Positions 17,405 to 29,832 are shown, numbered from the stretch's first letter. The stretch is 64,000 nucleotides of DNA from an uncultured Opitutaceae bacterium (GCA_903919205.1 CAIXHE010000001.1:15618-79617), one strand, 5' to 3'. Program-made: numbers and translations. The notes: generated by a model from the letters alone, not told the origin.

Positions 17405-17866
17405 CTACTTCTTGTAGACGGTGGACGGGTCGAACGCCCGCACCGACGTGAACTCAAGCTTGAGCGAGGCCGGGTCCCCGGCGTCGGCCCCCGCCGAGAG
17501 CTTGCGGTAGAAGCACGAGGGGTAGCCGTTGTGGCAGGCGCCGAGGCCCGCGTTCACGACCCTCAGCAGCAGCACGTCCTGGTCGCAGTCGACGTACAGG
17601 TCCACCACCTTCAGCACGTTCCCGGACTCCTCGCCCTTGGTCCAGAGCTTGCCGCGGGAGCGGCTCCAGTAGGTCGCGCGCCTCGTGCGGATCGTGTGGG
17701 CCAGGGACTCGGCGTTCATGAACGCGAACATGAGCACCTCGCCGCTCGCGTCGTCGACCGTGATGCACGGGATCAGGCCGTCCTGGCCGAACTTGGGCTG
17801 CAGGAGGCTGCCCATCTCGACCTCGAGGGTGGTGGTGCGAGCCGGAAATGAGGCGGGGTGGGACAT
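17405..17866 (-). CDS. hisI: phosphoribosyl-AMP cyclohydrolase
   Basis: This is the C-terminal 153 codons of track ORF 17405..18577: GLIPCITVDDASGEVLMFAFMN ... YWSRSRGKLWTKGEESGN ... DCDQDVLLL ... ACHNGYPSCFY. Confidence 0.85.
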   Translation of the reverse strand: MSHPASFPARTTTLEVEMGSLLQPKFGQDGLIPCITVDDASGEVLMFAFMNAESLAHTIRTRRATYWSRSRGKLWTKGEESGNVLKVVDLYVDCDQDVLLLRVVNAGLGACHNGYPSCFYRKLSAGADAGDPASLKLEFTSVRAFDPSTVYKK

Positions 17867-17877
17867 GGTGTCGCGGG

Positions 17878-18183
17878 TCAGTAAAGGGTTCCGGAGAGTT
17901 TCCTCAGGTATTCGAACGTGTAAAGACCGGTCCGGTGCCCGTCGCTGAAATCGAAGCGGAGGGCGTAGTTGCCGACCTGCTCCCATCCCTTGACGCGGAC
18001 CCCGGAGTAGTCCGCGTCCCCGGACCCCCCGTAGGTGTTGCCGAGCACGTCCCGCTCGCCCTGCGTCTCCGCACTCGGCGAGGCGCGGCGCAGGACGTCC
18101 TCGCGCACGTAGGATTCCGCCCCGTCGCTCCATGCGATCGCGACCTCCTCGCCTATCAGCTGCACGTTGACCGGCTTCAGCAT
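17878..18183 (-). CDS. DUF971 domain protein
   Basis: The internal ATG at 18183 gives MLKPVNVQLIGEEVAIAWSDG ... YALRFDFSDGHRTGLYTFEYLR, the typical DUF971 pattern. Confidence 0.6.
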   Translation of the reverse strand: MLKPVNVQLIGEEVAIAWSDGAESYVREDVLRRASPSAETQGERDVLGNTYGGSGDADYSGVRVKGWEQVGNYALRFDFSDGHRTGLYTFEYLRKLSGTLY

Positions 18184-18254
18184 CGGGGCGATCCACGCAT
18201 CCCGGCAGCCCGACCGCAAACCCGATTTGACGCACGCCGGCAAGTGGCCATCGT

Positions 18255-20609
<2,355 letters not shown>

Positions 20610-20686
20610 GGGCCGGCAAGGGGTCCCAAGAAGGCGATTCTTTGCAATTGCGGGCCGCACCCCGCCTTTGCAATGCTTCCCGTCCC

Positions 20687-21418
20687 ATGGGACGTCAATG
20701 GCTCCACGCGAAGCGCGCGATCGTCAACCTCAAGAAGGGGCAGGTGGTCGGCAAGTTGGTCAAGGAGATCACGGTGGCCGCCAAGCTCGGCGGGCCCGAC
20801 CCGGCCGCCAACGCGCGGCTATCCGCGGTCCTCGAGAAGGCGCGCAAGGCCAGCGTCACCCGCGAGGCGATCGAGCGGGCGATCAACAAGGGTGCCGGCA
20901 TCGGCGACGACAAGCACGCCCTGGAGCACGTCGTGTTCGAGGGCTACGCCCCGCACAAGGTGCCGGTCATCGTGGAGGTCTATACCGACAACCACCAGCG
21001 CACCGCCCCGGAGATGCGCTTCCTCTTCAAGCGCGGCGTCCTCGGGAACGCGGGCAGCAACAAGTTCCTCTTCGACCACGTGGGCATCGTGGAGGCCCAC
21101 CACCCTGACCTTGGGGTGGACATCGAGGCTGCCGCGATCGAGGCGGGCGCCAACGACTTCGAGCCGATCAGCCACATGCAGAACGACGACATTCCCGAGG
21201 GCCACGCGGGCGCCCGGTTCACGACCGACAAGTCGGCCGTGCACGCGGTCTCGGTCTGGCTCTCCCAGCACGGCTGGTCGGTGGTGACGAGCGAGCTCGG
21301 CTACCGCGCCAAGATCTTCCCCGAGCTGGACGAAGCGGCCCGCGCCGAGGTGGGCGAGTTCCTGCAGGAGATCGAGGATCACGAGGACGTCCAGCGGGTC
21401 TGGGCGGCCGTAAAATGA
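20687..21418 (+). CDS. yebC: YebC/PmpR family DNA-binding transcriptional regulator
   Basis: The internal ATG at 20687 gives MGRQWLHAKRAIVNLKKGQVVGKLVKEITVAAKLGGPDPAANARL. Confidence 0.9.
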   Translation: MGRQWLHAKRAIVNLKKGQVVGKLVKEITVAAKLGGPDPAANARLSAVLEKARKASVTREAIERAINKGAGIGDDKHALEHVVFEGYAPHKVPVIVEVYTDNHQRTAPEMRFLFKRGVLGNAGSNKFLFDHVGIVEAHHPDLGVDIEAAAIEAGANDFEPISHMQNDDIPEGHAGARFTTDKSAVHAVSVWLSQHGWSVVTSELGYRAKIFPELDEAARAEVGEFLQEIEDHEDVQRVWAAVK

Positions 21419-21494
21419 CCTCTCTGAACCCCCCGCTGCGCACGGTTGACACAGGCGCGGGATTTCCCGAAACCTTGGGGTCCAGTTACTAACC

Positions 21495-22244
21495 GTGAAT
21501 ATCCTCATCGTTGAAGACGAAGCTACCTCCCGTGAGATGCTTCTGAACATCGTCAAGGCCGAGGGGGATCACCGCATCCTGACGGCGGTGGACGGCGACG
21601 ACGCGCTCAAGCTGATGGCCGACCCGAGGCACCCGTTCGACGTGGTGTTCCTCGACCTCATGCTCCCCTCGATCTCGGGCTTGGACCTCCTTGAGCGGGT
21701 GCGCGCCACCCCGGCGTGCCGGTACGTGCGCGTCATCATCTGCACCACGTCGACCGACAGCGCCACGGTTGTGCGCGCGGCCAGGCTCGGCGTGCGCCAC
21801 TACATGGTGAAGCCCGCGGACCGCATCCGGGTCTTCGAGCAGCTGAACATCATCAAGGCCGAACTGGCGGGCCTCCAGAAGATCGAGAAGCCCGAGGAGG
21901 CGGCGGGGCGCCTCGGCATCGACCTGCCGACCTACAAGGCTAGGGTGGGCGACACGCTCGACACGATGGAGCGCTGGCTCACGAACGCGAAGGCCGGGGC
22001 CCAGTCGCCGGACCGCGAGCAGCTTGCCGCCGACACGAGCCGGCTGAAGGCCGACGCCCTCAGCCTCGGCCTTCGCGAGGTGGGGCGGCGTTTCTCGACC
22101 CTGGAGACCCGGCTGAATCTGGACCCCAAGGGGGACGTACCGGAGTCGAGGGCGATCGAGATCGCCTTCATCATGAGCCACCTCCACGGGGAGCTCAACC
22201 GGGTGCGCTCGGTCCTGAAGATCATCGCCCCGGAGGCCGCCTAA
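21495..22244 (+). CDS. response regulator (receiver) with an Hpt-like C-terminal domain lacking the His
   Basis: GTG start. The receiver reads ILIVEDE ... VVFLDLMLPSISG ... HYMVKP. The C-terminal helical region ADTSRLKADALSLGLREVGRRFSTLE resembles an Hpt H-x-L-K-G motif but has Ser where the His would be. Confidence 0.8.
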   Translation: MNILIVEDEATSREMLLNIVKAEGDHRILTAVDGDDALKLMADPRHPFDVVFLDLMLPSISGLDLLERVRATPACRYVRVIICTTSTDSATVVRAARLGVRHYMVKPADRIRVFEQLNIIKAELAGLQKIEKPEEAAGRLGIDLPTYKARVGDTLDTMERWLTNAKAGAQSPDREQLAADTSRLKADALSLGLREVGRRFSTLETRLNLDPKGDVPESRAIEIAFIMSHLHGELNRVRSVLKIIAPEAA

Positions 22245-22332
22245 GGCGCGGGCCGGGGGCGGGGCGCGGGCCCGGGACAATATCTTGCGGGCCGGCGGCG
22301 GCGGCCCATCATGGAGGCGCCCGTCTCCACGC

Positions 22333-24387
22333 ATGCAACACCTTGGCCTGCTGTTCACCCTCGCGCTCCTGGCCGTCAACCTGTGGGGGCTCATGCTCGC
22401 GGCCGGCGCCTACTGGCGCAACCGGTGGTTCGCGCTGCCCGCCGGTCCGATCCTCGCGGTCACCGTCCTCTACGGGATCGAGTGCCACGTGGGCCTGGGC
22501 CGGACCCTGCCGGGCCTGGAGCTCGCCTCCACGGCCCTCTCCGTGCTCCTGATCGGGTTCTGCAGCTCGCGCCGGGTTCCCGGGTGGATCCCGGCCCGCC
22601 TCCTGCCGGCCCTTTCCGAGTGGAGGACCGAGTTCGCGCCCAGGCGCGTCGCGGGCGCCGCCGCCGTCTTCGCGGCCATCTTCCTCTACGCTCTAGCGTG
22701 GCGGTTCGCCTTCCCGAGCGTCGACGGCTCCTCGGAGAAGATCGCGGACCTCTCCTACATCTGCAGCTACATGGCGGGCACCAAGATCCCGGTGCCGGAC
22801 GTCTGGTTCTACCCGTACCTCTCGACCCAGTACTACAGCTTCCAGCACTACGGGGCCGCGCTCATGGGCCGGGTGCTGCTCCTGCCGCCGGGAACCACCT
22901 ACAACCTCGGGTTCTGCCTGCTGATCGCGCTCGGCGGCTCGGCCTTCGCGGGGGCCGTCGCGCTCGCCGCCCGCAAGCTATGGGTGCGCGCGCTCCTGCT
23001 CGCGGGCTTCGTGATCGGGGGCATGGGCACGACCCTGATCGTCCACCTGACCGACACCGGCGTTGGGCCGACCACCAGCATGCGCTTCATCGGAAGCGCG
23101 CAGATGGACCGGGAATGGGAGGGGACCTGGCTGAAGGACTACCAGCAGCGGCACGCTTTCGAGGAGTCGCCCGGCCACAAGGTCCCGATGGAGCTGCCCG
23201 GGGAACCCTACTCCTACTCGATCTACCTCGGCGACTACCATGCCCCGCTTTCCGGCTACTACCTGATGGGACTGGCCGCGATGGCCATGCTCCTCTGGAG
23301 CCGCCAGCGCAAGGCGCGCTACGCGGTGATCGTCGGCTGCACCCTCACCTGGTCCCTGCTCGCGAACACCTGGGTGCTCCCCCTGCAGGCCCTGGGAACC
23401 CTGGCGTGGCTCGCGGCCTCGTCGCGCGACGCCAGGCGACTCGTGCCCGCCGTGGCGGCCGGCGCGGCGGGTGTGTGGCTGGCCGCGTGGGTCTACCTCT
23501 CGGCCTTCACGGTCTCGGCGGCCGGCTACAATGCCGCGCTCAAGCCGGTGCCGTGGGACGAGCACACGCCGCCGCTCCTCCTGCTCATCTTCATGCTTCC
23601 CACCGTGGCGCTGATCGTGCTCGGGCTCCTGTCGGGGGAGCGCGCCGGGCGCTGGCTTGGCGCCCTCTGGCTCGGGTTCCTTCTTTTCAGCGAGTACTTC
23701 TACGTCGACGATGTCTACTCGGGCCACTTCGACCGCTTCAACACGACGCTCAAGTGGTGGCCGTGGGTGGCGGCGGGGACGCTGATGACGCTCGGGCCGT
23801 GGGTGCTCGAGCGCACCGGGAAGCTCTGGGTGAGGCTCGTCGGGGCCCTCTTCTGCCTCTACCCCTGCTTCTACCTCTACGACCTTTCGAGGCCGGTGCG
23901 GGACCTGATCCATGGCAACCGCGATGCGGTCGGTCACCTGGAGGGCACCTATTTCCTAACGAAGGACGAGTTCCCGAGGCTCATGCTCGGCCGTCTCGAG
24001 AGGGAGAAGCCCGGGGTCGTGGCCGAGCGCCCCGAGCCCGAGGACTTCACCGACTCGGCCTGCCTGCCGTTGTTCGCCGGACAGACGATGTGGATGGGGT
24101 GGTACGGCCACGAACTGCTTTGGCGGGCCTACCGCGAGGACATCCGCAAGCGCCACGACGACCTGATGAGGCTCTTCCAGGGAACGCTCCCCGCCGCGGG
24201 GAAGTGGATGTCGGCCCAGGGCATCGACTACGTCCTTTGGTACCGTAAGGGGGACACGCCCGACCTGTGGGCCAAGGTGAACGCCTCGCTGGCGCCCGAC
24301 TACGTCTGGTGCGACATACTGACCTACCAGGACGAGGACGGCCGACGGGTGGGCTTCTGGCGGAAGCCGGCGGCCGCGGGCCCCTGA
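22333..24387 (+). CDS. polytopic membrane protein, DUF2298-like
   Basis: The internal ATG at 22333 gives MQHLGLLFTLALLAV. It has more than 10 TM segments. PVPDVWFYPYLSTQYYSFQHYGAALMGRVLLLPPGTTYNLGF resembles the DUF2298 (Chlor_Arch_YYY) core. Confidence 0.55.
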   Translation: MQHLGLLFTLALLAVNLWGLMLAAGAYWRNRWFALPAGPILAVTVLYGIECHVGLGRTLPGLELASTALSVLLIGFCSSRRVPGWIPARLLPALSEWRTEFAPRRVAGAAAVFAAIFLYALAWRFAFPSVDGSSEKIADLSYICSYMAGTKIPVPDVWFYPYLSTQYYSFQHYGAALMGRVLLLPPGTTYNLGFCLLIALGGSAFAGAVALAARKLWVRALLLAGFVIGGMGTTLIVHLTDTGVGPTTSMRFIGSAQMDREWEGTWLKDYQQRHAFEESPGHKVPMELPGEPYSYSIYLGDYHAPLSGYYLMGLAAMAMLLWSRQRKARYAVIVGCTLTWSLLANTWVLPLQALGTLAWLAASSRDARRLVPAVAAGAAGVWLAAWVYLSAFTVSAAGYNAALKPVPWDEHTPPLLLLIFMLPTVALIVLGLLSGERAGRWLGALWLGFLLFSEYFYVDDVYSGHFDRFNTTLKWWPWVAAGTLMTLGPWVLERTGKLWVRLVGALFCLYPCFYLYDLSRPVRDLIHGNRDAVGHLEGTYFLTKDEFPRLMLGRLEREKPGVVAERPEPEDFTDSACLPLFAGQTMWMGWYGHELLWRAYREDIRKRHDDLMRLFQGTLPAAGKWMSAQGIDYVLWYRKGDTPDLWAKVNASLAPDYVWCDILTYQDEDGRRVGFWRKPAAAGP

Positions 24388-24413
24388 GGGCCCGGCGCCC
24401 AGGGAACCCGCCG

Positions 24414-25007
24414 ATGCCCTCGACGCAGGACGCCTTTGTCGGGCAGGTCGAGCAGCTCCTCGGCCGCTACCTGCGCCAGAACGGCCTGCCCCCGCTCAAG
24501 CCCGAGGCGGCGCGGGCCCTCGGCACGTCCCTGTGGGCCGAGCTGCTCCTGCGCGGCGTGCCGGGGCCCCCGGGCCCCGGCGACCTCGAACCTCCCGAGG
24601 AGCTAGGCGCCGCAGACGTTGCGCCGGCGATCGCGAGGCTCCTGCGGGAGGCCCCCGGACGGGCGGACCTCGAGGTGCCGGCGCGCCAGCTCGTCAAGGG
24701 ATGCCTCCAGCCTGAGTTTGCGCGGTGCAGGCAGTCCTACCGCGAGCCGGGCTCGGACGGCGTGTGCCGCCGCCAGGATCTCGCCCGCGCCCGCTCGCGC
24801 CTCAGCGGGTCGCACTGCGTCGACTGCCCGTACTGGACCTCGCTTGGCCCCGGGGAGCACGCCCAGCTTCTCTCCCGCGCCTTCGGCGCGCGCGCGACCG
24901 AGTTTGAGGGCGCCCGCTCGGTGTTCCTTCCCGAGGACTACCGGGCCCTGCGCCGCAGGGTGCGCGAGGCGGCACGCACCGGCGAGCTTCCCGCCAGGTC
25001 CGCCTGA
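24414..25007 (+). CDS. hypothetical protein (Cys-containing)
   Basis: The internal ATG at 24414 lies 26 nt after the upstream stop. The 197-aa product has four or more Cys in CRQSYREPGSDGVCRRQ...SHCVDCPYW. I recognise no family. Confidence 0.5.
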   Translation: MPSTQDAFVGQVEQLLGRYLRQNGLPPLKPEAARALGTSLWAELLLRGVPGPPGPGDLEPPEELGAADVAPAIARLLREAPGRADLEVPARQLVKGCLQPEFARCRQSYREPGSDGVCRRQDLARARSRLSGSHCVDCPYWTSLGPGEHAQLLSRAFGARATEFEGARSVFLPEDYRALRRRVREAARTGELPARSA

Positions 25008-25016
25008 GGACCCCCT

Positions 25017-26051
25017 CTACTTCGCCGTGTAGAGCGCCACGAGCGCGGCGCCGATCGACTGGGAGAGCTCGCCGAGCTCGGAAGCCGCGAACTTGATCGT
25101 GGAGCGCTGCGCCGGCCACAGGTAGGGCATCGCGGACTCGCGAAGGATGTTCAGGTAGCGCTCCCGGAACGCGGGCGTGGTCGACTCGTGGTCCATCAGG
25201 CCGCCCCCGACCACCACGAAGCCCGGGTCGAGCGCGAGGCAGAGCACCGCCGCGTGCAGCCCGAGGGCCCGGGCCTGGAAGTCGAACACGTCGATCGCCA
25301 GGGCGTCGCCCTTCTGGGCGAGGCCCCGCAGGGAGAGAGCCTTCTCCTTGGAGCTGAGCTGGGAACTCGCCAGCTGGTGGCCCGGGTGCTTCTTGATGAT
25401 CTCCTCGACCAGGTGGGGCATGCCCGAGAGGGTGGTGTAGGCCTCGATGCAGCCCCACGTGCGGCCGCAGCCGCACGGGAAGGGCCGGAGCCCGAGCAGG
25501 TGGAGCGGCGCGGGCATGTGGGCCGCCTCCATCCCCGCGAGGGTCTCGCCGTCGAGCGGCAGGCCGTTCGGGTCGATGTAGGCGCAGCCCAGGCCGGAGC
25601 CCGGGGCCAGCATGAGCACCGACGCCTTCGTGCCCGCGCGCACGAGCTTGGCCTCGGCCACGCCGCCAAACTTGCCGTCATTGCCGACCGACAGCGCGAT
25701 CGGCCTGCCGGCCGCGGTGGCCAGGGCCCGGCTGTAGTCCTCGAGGAAGTTCCAGCCGTCGAAGCTCGCGGGCAGGTTGGCCGTGCGGCCGAGCACGCCT
25801 AGCCGCTGGTAGGGTCCGGGGATCGCCAGTCCCACGCCGCCCACCTGGTCCCACGTGAGTCCGTTCTGGGACAGGAAGGACTCGGCCCCCTGCACCCAGC
25901 CCTTGATCACCGCCTGCGTCCCTAGCTGGGAGTTGGTCGAGCTCTGCATCAGCTTCATGGAGACCATGGAGCCGTCGGCCCACACGCCCCCGGTCTTCGA
26001 GGTCGTCGCGCCGCTGTCGGTTCCGATGAATACTTTCTTGGTAGAGCTCAT
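25017..26051 (-). CDS. ROK family sugar kinase/regulator-like protein
   Basis: The ATG at 26051 gives MSSTKKVFIGTDSGATTSK. It has the ROK zinc motif CGCGRTWGCIEAY and VVVGGG near the C terminus. Confidence 0.8.
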   Translation of the reverse strand: MSSTKKVFIGTDSGATTSKTGGVWADGSMVSMKLMQSSTNSQLGTQAVIKGWVQGAESFLSQNGLTWDQVGGVGLAIPGPYQRLGVLGRTANLPASFDGWNFLEDYSRALATAAGRPIALSVGNDGKFGGVAEAKLVRAGTKASVLMLAPGSGLGCAYIDPNGLPLDGETLAGMEAAHMPAPLHLLGLRPFPCGCGRTWGCIEAYTTLSGMPHLVEEIIKKHPGHQLASSQLSSKEKALSLRGLAQKGDALAIDVFDFQARALGLHAAVLCLALDPGFVVVGGGLMDHESTTPAFRERYLNILRESAMPYLWPAQRSTIKFAASELGELSQSIGAALVALYTAK

Positions 26052-26166
26052 GGGGTGGCGGGAGTTGACCACGAGCCGGGCGTCCACTGCAAGTCTCCAT
26101 GATTGCCGGCGAGGATTCTGGGATACGGGGTTGCCAAGGGCCCGTTTTGGGTTCCCGGTGTGCCTC

Positions 26167-27084
26167 ATGGAGCCTCCCAAGAGCACCCAAGGCTACGACC
26201 TGACCGTGAGGGTGGGCTGCAGCCTGGTGTACGAGGTCACGGGCACGGCCGCGCTCCTGCTCAACGTGAGGCCGCGCTCCGACGGGGACCACGTGGTGCT
26301 CTCCGAGGCCCTGACCATCGGCGACGGGCTGCGCGTCGAGGACCTGGTCGACAGCCACGGGAACCCCTTCCAGCGGGTGAGGCTCGCCCCGGGAAGCAAC
26401 TACGTGCGCCACGACGCCTTGGTGGCCGTCTCCGCGCTTCCGGACAACCACGACGCCACGGACTTCACCCCCCTCGCTCCGGGCGACCTTCCCCTCTCGG
26501 CCCTGCGCTACACGCTTCCGAGCCGCTACTGCGACTCGGACAAGCTGGTGAACTTCGCATGGGAGAAGTTCGGGCGCGTCGAGCACGGCTGGCCGAGGGT
26601 CCAGGCGATCAGCCGGTGGCTGCACGACAACATCGAGTACCGCTACATGTCGGGGCGCACCGACCTGTCCGCCTGGGACGTGCTGCAGAGGGGCTACGGC
26701 GTCTGCCGAGACTTCGCCCACCTGGTCACCGCGCTCAACCGGGCCTTCAACGTGCCCGCCCGATACGTGACCGGCCACCTGCCCGACATCGGCTTCCCGG
26801 ACCCCGACAACCACATGGATTTCCACGCCTACTCGGAGGTGTACCTGGGCGGCCGCTGGCTCACGACCGACGCCCGGTTCCACGAGCCGCGCATCGGCCG
26901 CATCAAGGTGTCGTGCGGCCAGGACGCTGTCGACGGCGCCTTCTCGACGATCTTCGGGGCCGCGTCCCTCACCTACTTCCAGGTATGGGCCTATCAGGTG
27001 CCCCGGGGGGGCGTGGGCGTCGGCGACCCCCTGGATTTCTCCAAGCGCCTGGACAACCAGTGGGTTGTGAAGCACGACCTCTGA
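26167..27084 (+). CDS. transglutaminase-like cysteine protease family protein
   Basis: ATG at 26167. The core is GYGVCRDFAHLVTALNRAFNVPARYVTGH ... DFHAYSEVYL ... TTDA, giving a Cys-His-Asp triad pattern. Confidence 0.8.
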   Translation: MEPPKSTQGYDLTVRVGCSLVYEVTGTAALLLNVRPRSDGDHVVLSEALTIGDGLRVEDLVDSHGNPFQRVRLAPGSNYVRHDALVAVSALPDNHDATDFTPLAPGDLPLSALRYTLPSRYCDSDKLVNFAWEKFGRVEHGWPRVQAISRWLHDNIEYRYMSGRTDLSAWDVLQRGYGVCRDFAHLVTALNRAFNVPARYVTGHLPDIGFPDPDNHMDFHAYSEVYLGGRWLTTDARFHEPRIGRIKVSCGQDAVDGAFSTIFGAASLTYFQVWAYQVPRGGVGVGDPLDFSKRLDNQWVVKHDL

Positions 27085-27184
27085 TCCGTAGGCCGCTCGA
27101 GGCATCTGCGCGGGCGCGCATTGAATCGCTTGAGCTGGCGGGTCGCGTGCGATTGCCTCGGGTCCTTCAAAACCACTGAGCAGG

Positions 27185-28255
27185 ATGAACATTGTCTACG
27201 GAGTATCGGGCGAGGGGCTGGGTCACGTCTACGAGGCGATCGAGGTCGCCTCGTTCCTCCAGCAGGAGGGCCACACCGTGAAGGTCCTCACCTACGGCGA
27301 CCGGGCCGTGGAGTCGCTGAAGGCGTTCAACCCCACCCGCATCGAGGGGATCCAGCTCTACTTCAAGCCCCAGGGCCTGTCGCTCGCGGACACGCTTACA
27401 AAGAACCTCGGGTGTTTCCCCTTCTACCTGCGCCACTGGCACCGCCTGCGGCGCGAGCTCGAGGAGTTCCGGCCGGACGCCTTCATCACGGCCTACGAGC
27501 CCTTCACCACGATCGCCGCCCACGAGCTGCGCCGGCCGCTGATCAGCATGGATAACCAGAACGAGCTGCTCTACATCAGGCCCCCGGACGAGGGATACGG
27601 CTTCTCGTTCATGCTCGCGCAGTGGGCGACTCGGGTGTGCACCCACGGCGCGGCGCACTACATAGTGAAGTCCTTCCACGAGTCGGAGGAGGCCCGCAGC
27701 AACGTCCACTTCGTGGCCCCCATCATCCAGAACGAGATCCGCCGGCTGACTCCGAGCTACGGCGACCATGTGCTGGTCTACCTGACGAAGCCCAACCCCG
27801 AGCTGATTGAGGTGCTAAAGACGCTCGACGAGACCTTCTTCGTCTACTGCAACAACCGCGAGGGCAGCGACGGCAACGTCACCTACCGCCGCCAGGGCGC
27901 CACCTACGTGCGCGACCTGAGCCAGTGCAAGGCGATCATAGCCACCACCGGCTTCTCGCTGATCGCCGACGCCATCTACCTGAAAAAACCCTACTTCGGG
28001 GTGCCGCTCAAGCGGCAGTTCGAGCAGACCCACAACGGCCACTTCATCCGGGATTCCGGCTTCGGCGAGTGCTCGGAAACGGTCACGCGCGAGGCGCTTC
28101 TCGGGTTCCTGGGCAGGCTTCCCCTGTACAGGGAGTCGCTGTCCCGCTACCATCTGGATCCTGCCGAGCAGGAGCGCACGCTGCTCGCGCTCCTCTCCAA
28201 GGTTTGCCCTGACCCGCTCGAGGGGTCGGGCCGCAACGGCCTGACGGTCGTCTAG
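27185..28255 (+). CDS. glycosyltransferase (MJ1255/TIGR00661-like, GT-B)
   Basis: MNIVYGVSGEGLGHVYEAIEVASFLQQEGHTVKVLTYGDRA, with a C-terminal ATTGFSLIADAIYLKKPYFGVPL. Confidence 0.75.
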   Translation: MNIVYGVSGEGLGHVYEAIEVASFLQQEGHTVKVLTYGDRAVESLKAFNPTRIEGIQLYFKPQGLSLADTLTKNLGCFPFYLRHWHRLRRELEEFRPDAFITAYEPFTTIAAHELRRPLISMDNQNELLYIRPPDEGYGFSFMLAQWATRVCTHGAAHYIVKSFHESEEARSNVHFVAPIIQNEIRRLTPSYGDHVLVYLTKPNPELIEVLKTLDETFFVYCNNREGSDGNVTYRRQGATYVRDLSQCKAIIATTGFSLIADAIYLKKPYFGVPLKRQFEQTHNGHFIRDSGFGECSETVTREALLGFLGRLPLYRESLSRYHLDPAEQERTLLALLSKVCPDPLEGSGRNGLTVV

Positions 28256-28270
28256 GCGACCCGCGCGCGC

Positions 28271-29827
28271 TCACGCCTCCGGCACCAGGAAGTGACAACC
28301 CCGGCTGACGGGGTTTAGCGAGGCCGCGTGCACCACGAGGAGCGCCGTCTGCATCGCGTTGCGCAGGTCGATCAGCTCGGCGGTGAGCCGGCAGCCGCGG
28401 TAGAAGCTCTGGATCTCCTCGCGCAGCTCGAGGAGGATTCGCCGCGCCCGCGTCAGCCGCCGCGCCGAGCGCACGACGCCCGCGTAGTTCCACATGGTGT
28501 TCTGGATCTGCAGCATGTCCTGCCGCACAAGGGCGGGGTCCGCCTCCCGGGTCGGGCTGTCCCACGGCCGGGGCCTCGGCAGCCGGAAGCCGCCCCTTGC
28601 GATGTCGGCCGCGTCGGCCGCCGCCGCGGCCCGGGCGCTTGTCAGGCACTCGAGGAGGGACGTGCTCGCGAGCCGGTTTGCGCCGTGAAGCCCCGTGCAG
28701 GCGGTCTCCCCGATTGCCGCGAGGTTAAGGATGTTGGTGCGGCCCTGCAGGTCCGCGTGCACACCGCCGCAGGCGAAGTGCGCGGCGGGCACCACCGGTA
28801 TCCGCTCCCGCTCGATGTCGACGCCGTAGGAGAGGCAGCGCTCGTAGATCGTCGGGAAGCGCTCCCGGACGAAGCCCGAGGGCATGGCGGAGAGGTCCAG
28901 GTAGACGCACGGCTCGCCGCTATGGTCCAGCTCCTGGCGGATGGCGCGCGCCACGACGTCGCGCGGCGCGAGCGAGCCCTGCGGGTGGGCGTCGTCCATG
29001 AACCGGCCTCCCCGCGCGTTCACCAGGACGCCGCCCTCGCCCCTGAGCGCCTCGGTGACGAGGAACGCGGGCGCGTTCTTGCGCGCGAACACCGTCGGAT
29101 GGAACTGCACGTACTCCATGTCCATCAGCCGGGCCCCGACCCGGTAGGCCATCGCGACCCCGTGTCCCACGCTGCCGGGCCTGTTCGTCGTGTGCAGGAA
29201 GATCTGTCCCAGGCCCCCGCTCGCGAGCACGGTCTTTCGCGCCACGATCGCCGAGACCTCCCCGGTGCCCGAGTTGAGCACGTAGGCCCCGAAGCACGTC
29301 AGGGGCCGGTATTTGTCGGCCGGGTCGTCGGAATTGTGGGAGAGGGTCAGCAGGTCGATGGCGACCCATCCGGGCCTGCGGGTGACCCCGGGGCTCGAGC
29401 CCACGCGAGCGGACACCGCCGAGAGGATCGCGTGGCCGGTCGTGTCCTTGGCATGGATGATCCGGCGAGCCCCGTGGCCACCCTCCCGCGTGAAGTCCAG
29501 CCGGCCGTCGGCACCCCGGTCGAAGGCGACCCCGAGGTCCTCTATCAGGAGCTCGCGCACGGCGGACGGCCCCTCGCGAACGAGCTGTTCCACGGCGGCC
29601 GGGTTGCAGGCGTTGCAGCCCGCCTCGAGGATGTCTCGGGCGAGGGCCGCGGGATCCGGGTCCGTGTCGTAGATGATGCCCCCCTGGGCCCAGTCGCTGT
29701 TCGCCTCGAGGGGCTCCGACAGCGACAGCAGCTCCGTGGAGAGGCCGCGCTTCGAGGCCTCGATCGCATAGACCGAGCCGGCGAGACCCGAGCCGATGAC
29801 CAGGCAGTCTGTCTCGATGACATCCAC
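28271..29827 (-). CDS. nadB: L-aspartate oxidase
   Basis: The GTG at 29827, 5 nt after the nadC stop, gives (M)DVIETDCLVIGSGLAGS. It has FAD motifs plus HFACGGV and TGLHGANRLASTSLLE. The N-terminal 208 codons of track ORF 28271..30454 are an out-of-frame overlap of nadC. Confidence 0.9.
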   Translation of the reverse strand: MDVIETDCLVIGSGLAGSVYAIEASKRGLSTELLSLSEPLEANSDWAQGGIIYDTDPDPAALARDILEAGCNACNPAAVEQLVREGPSAVRELLIEDLGVAFDRGADGRLDFTREGGHGARRIIHAKDTTGHAILSAVSARVGSSPGVTRRPGWVAIDLLTLSHNSDDPADKYRPLTCFGAYVLNSGTGEVSAIVARKTVLASGGLGQIFLHTTNRPGSVGHGVAMAYRVGARLMDMEYVQFHPTVFARKNAPAFLVTEALRGEGGVLVNARGGRFMDDAHPQGSLAPRDVVARAIRQELDHSGEPCVYLDLSAMPSGFVRERFPTIYERCLSYGVDIERERIPVVPAAHFACGGVHADLQGRTNILNLAAIGETACTGLHGANRLASTSLLECLTSARAAAAADAADIARGGFRLPRPRPWDSPTREADPALVRQDMLQIQNTMWNYAGVVRSARRLTRARRILLELREEIQSFYRGCRLTAELIDLRNAMQTALLVVHAASLNPVSRGCHFLVPEA

Positions 29828-29832
29828 GGCGG

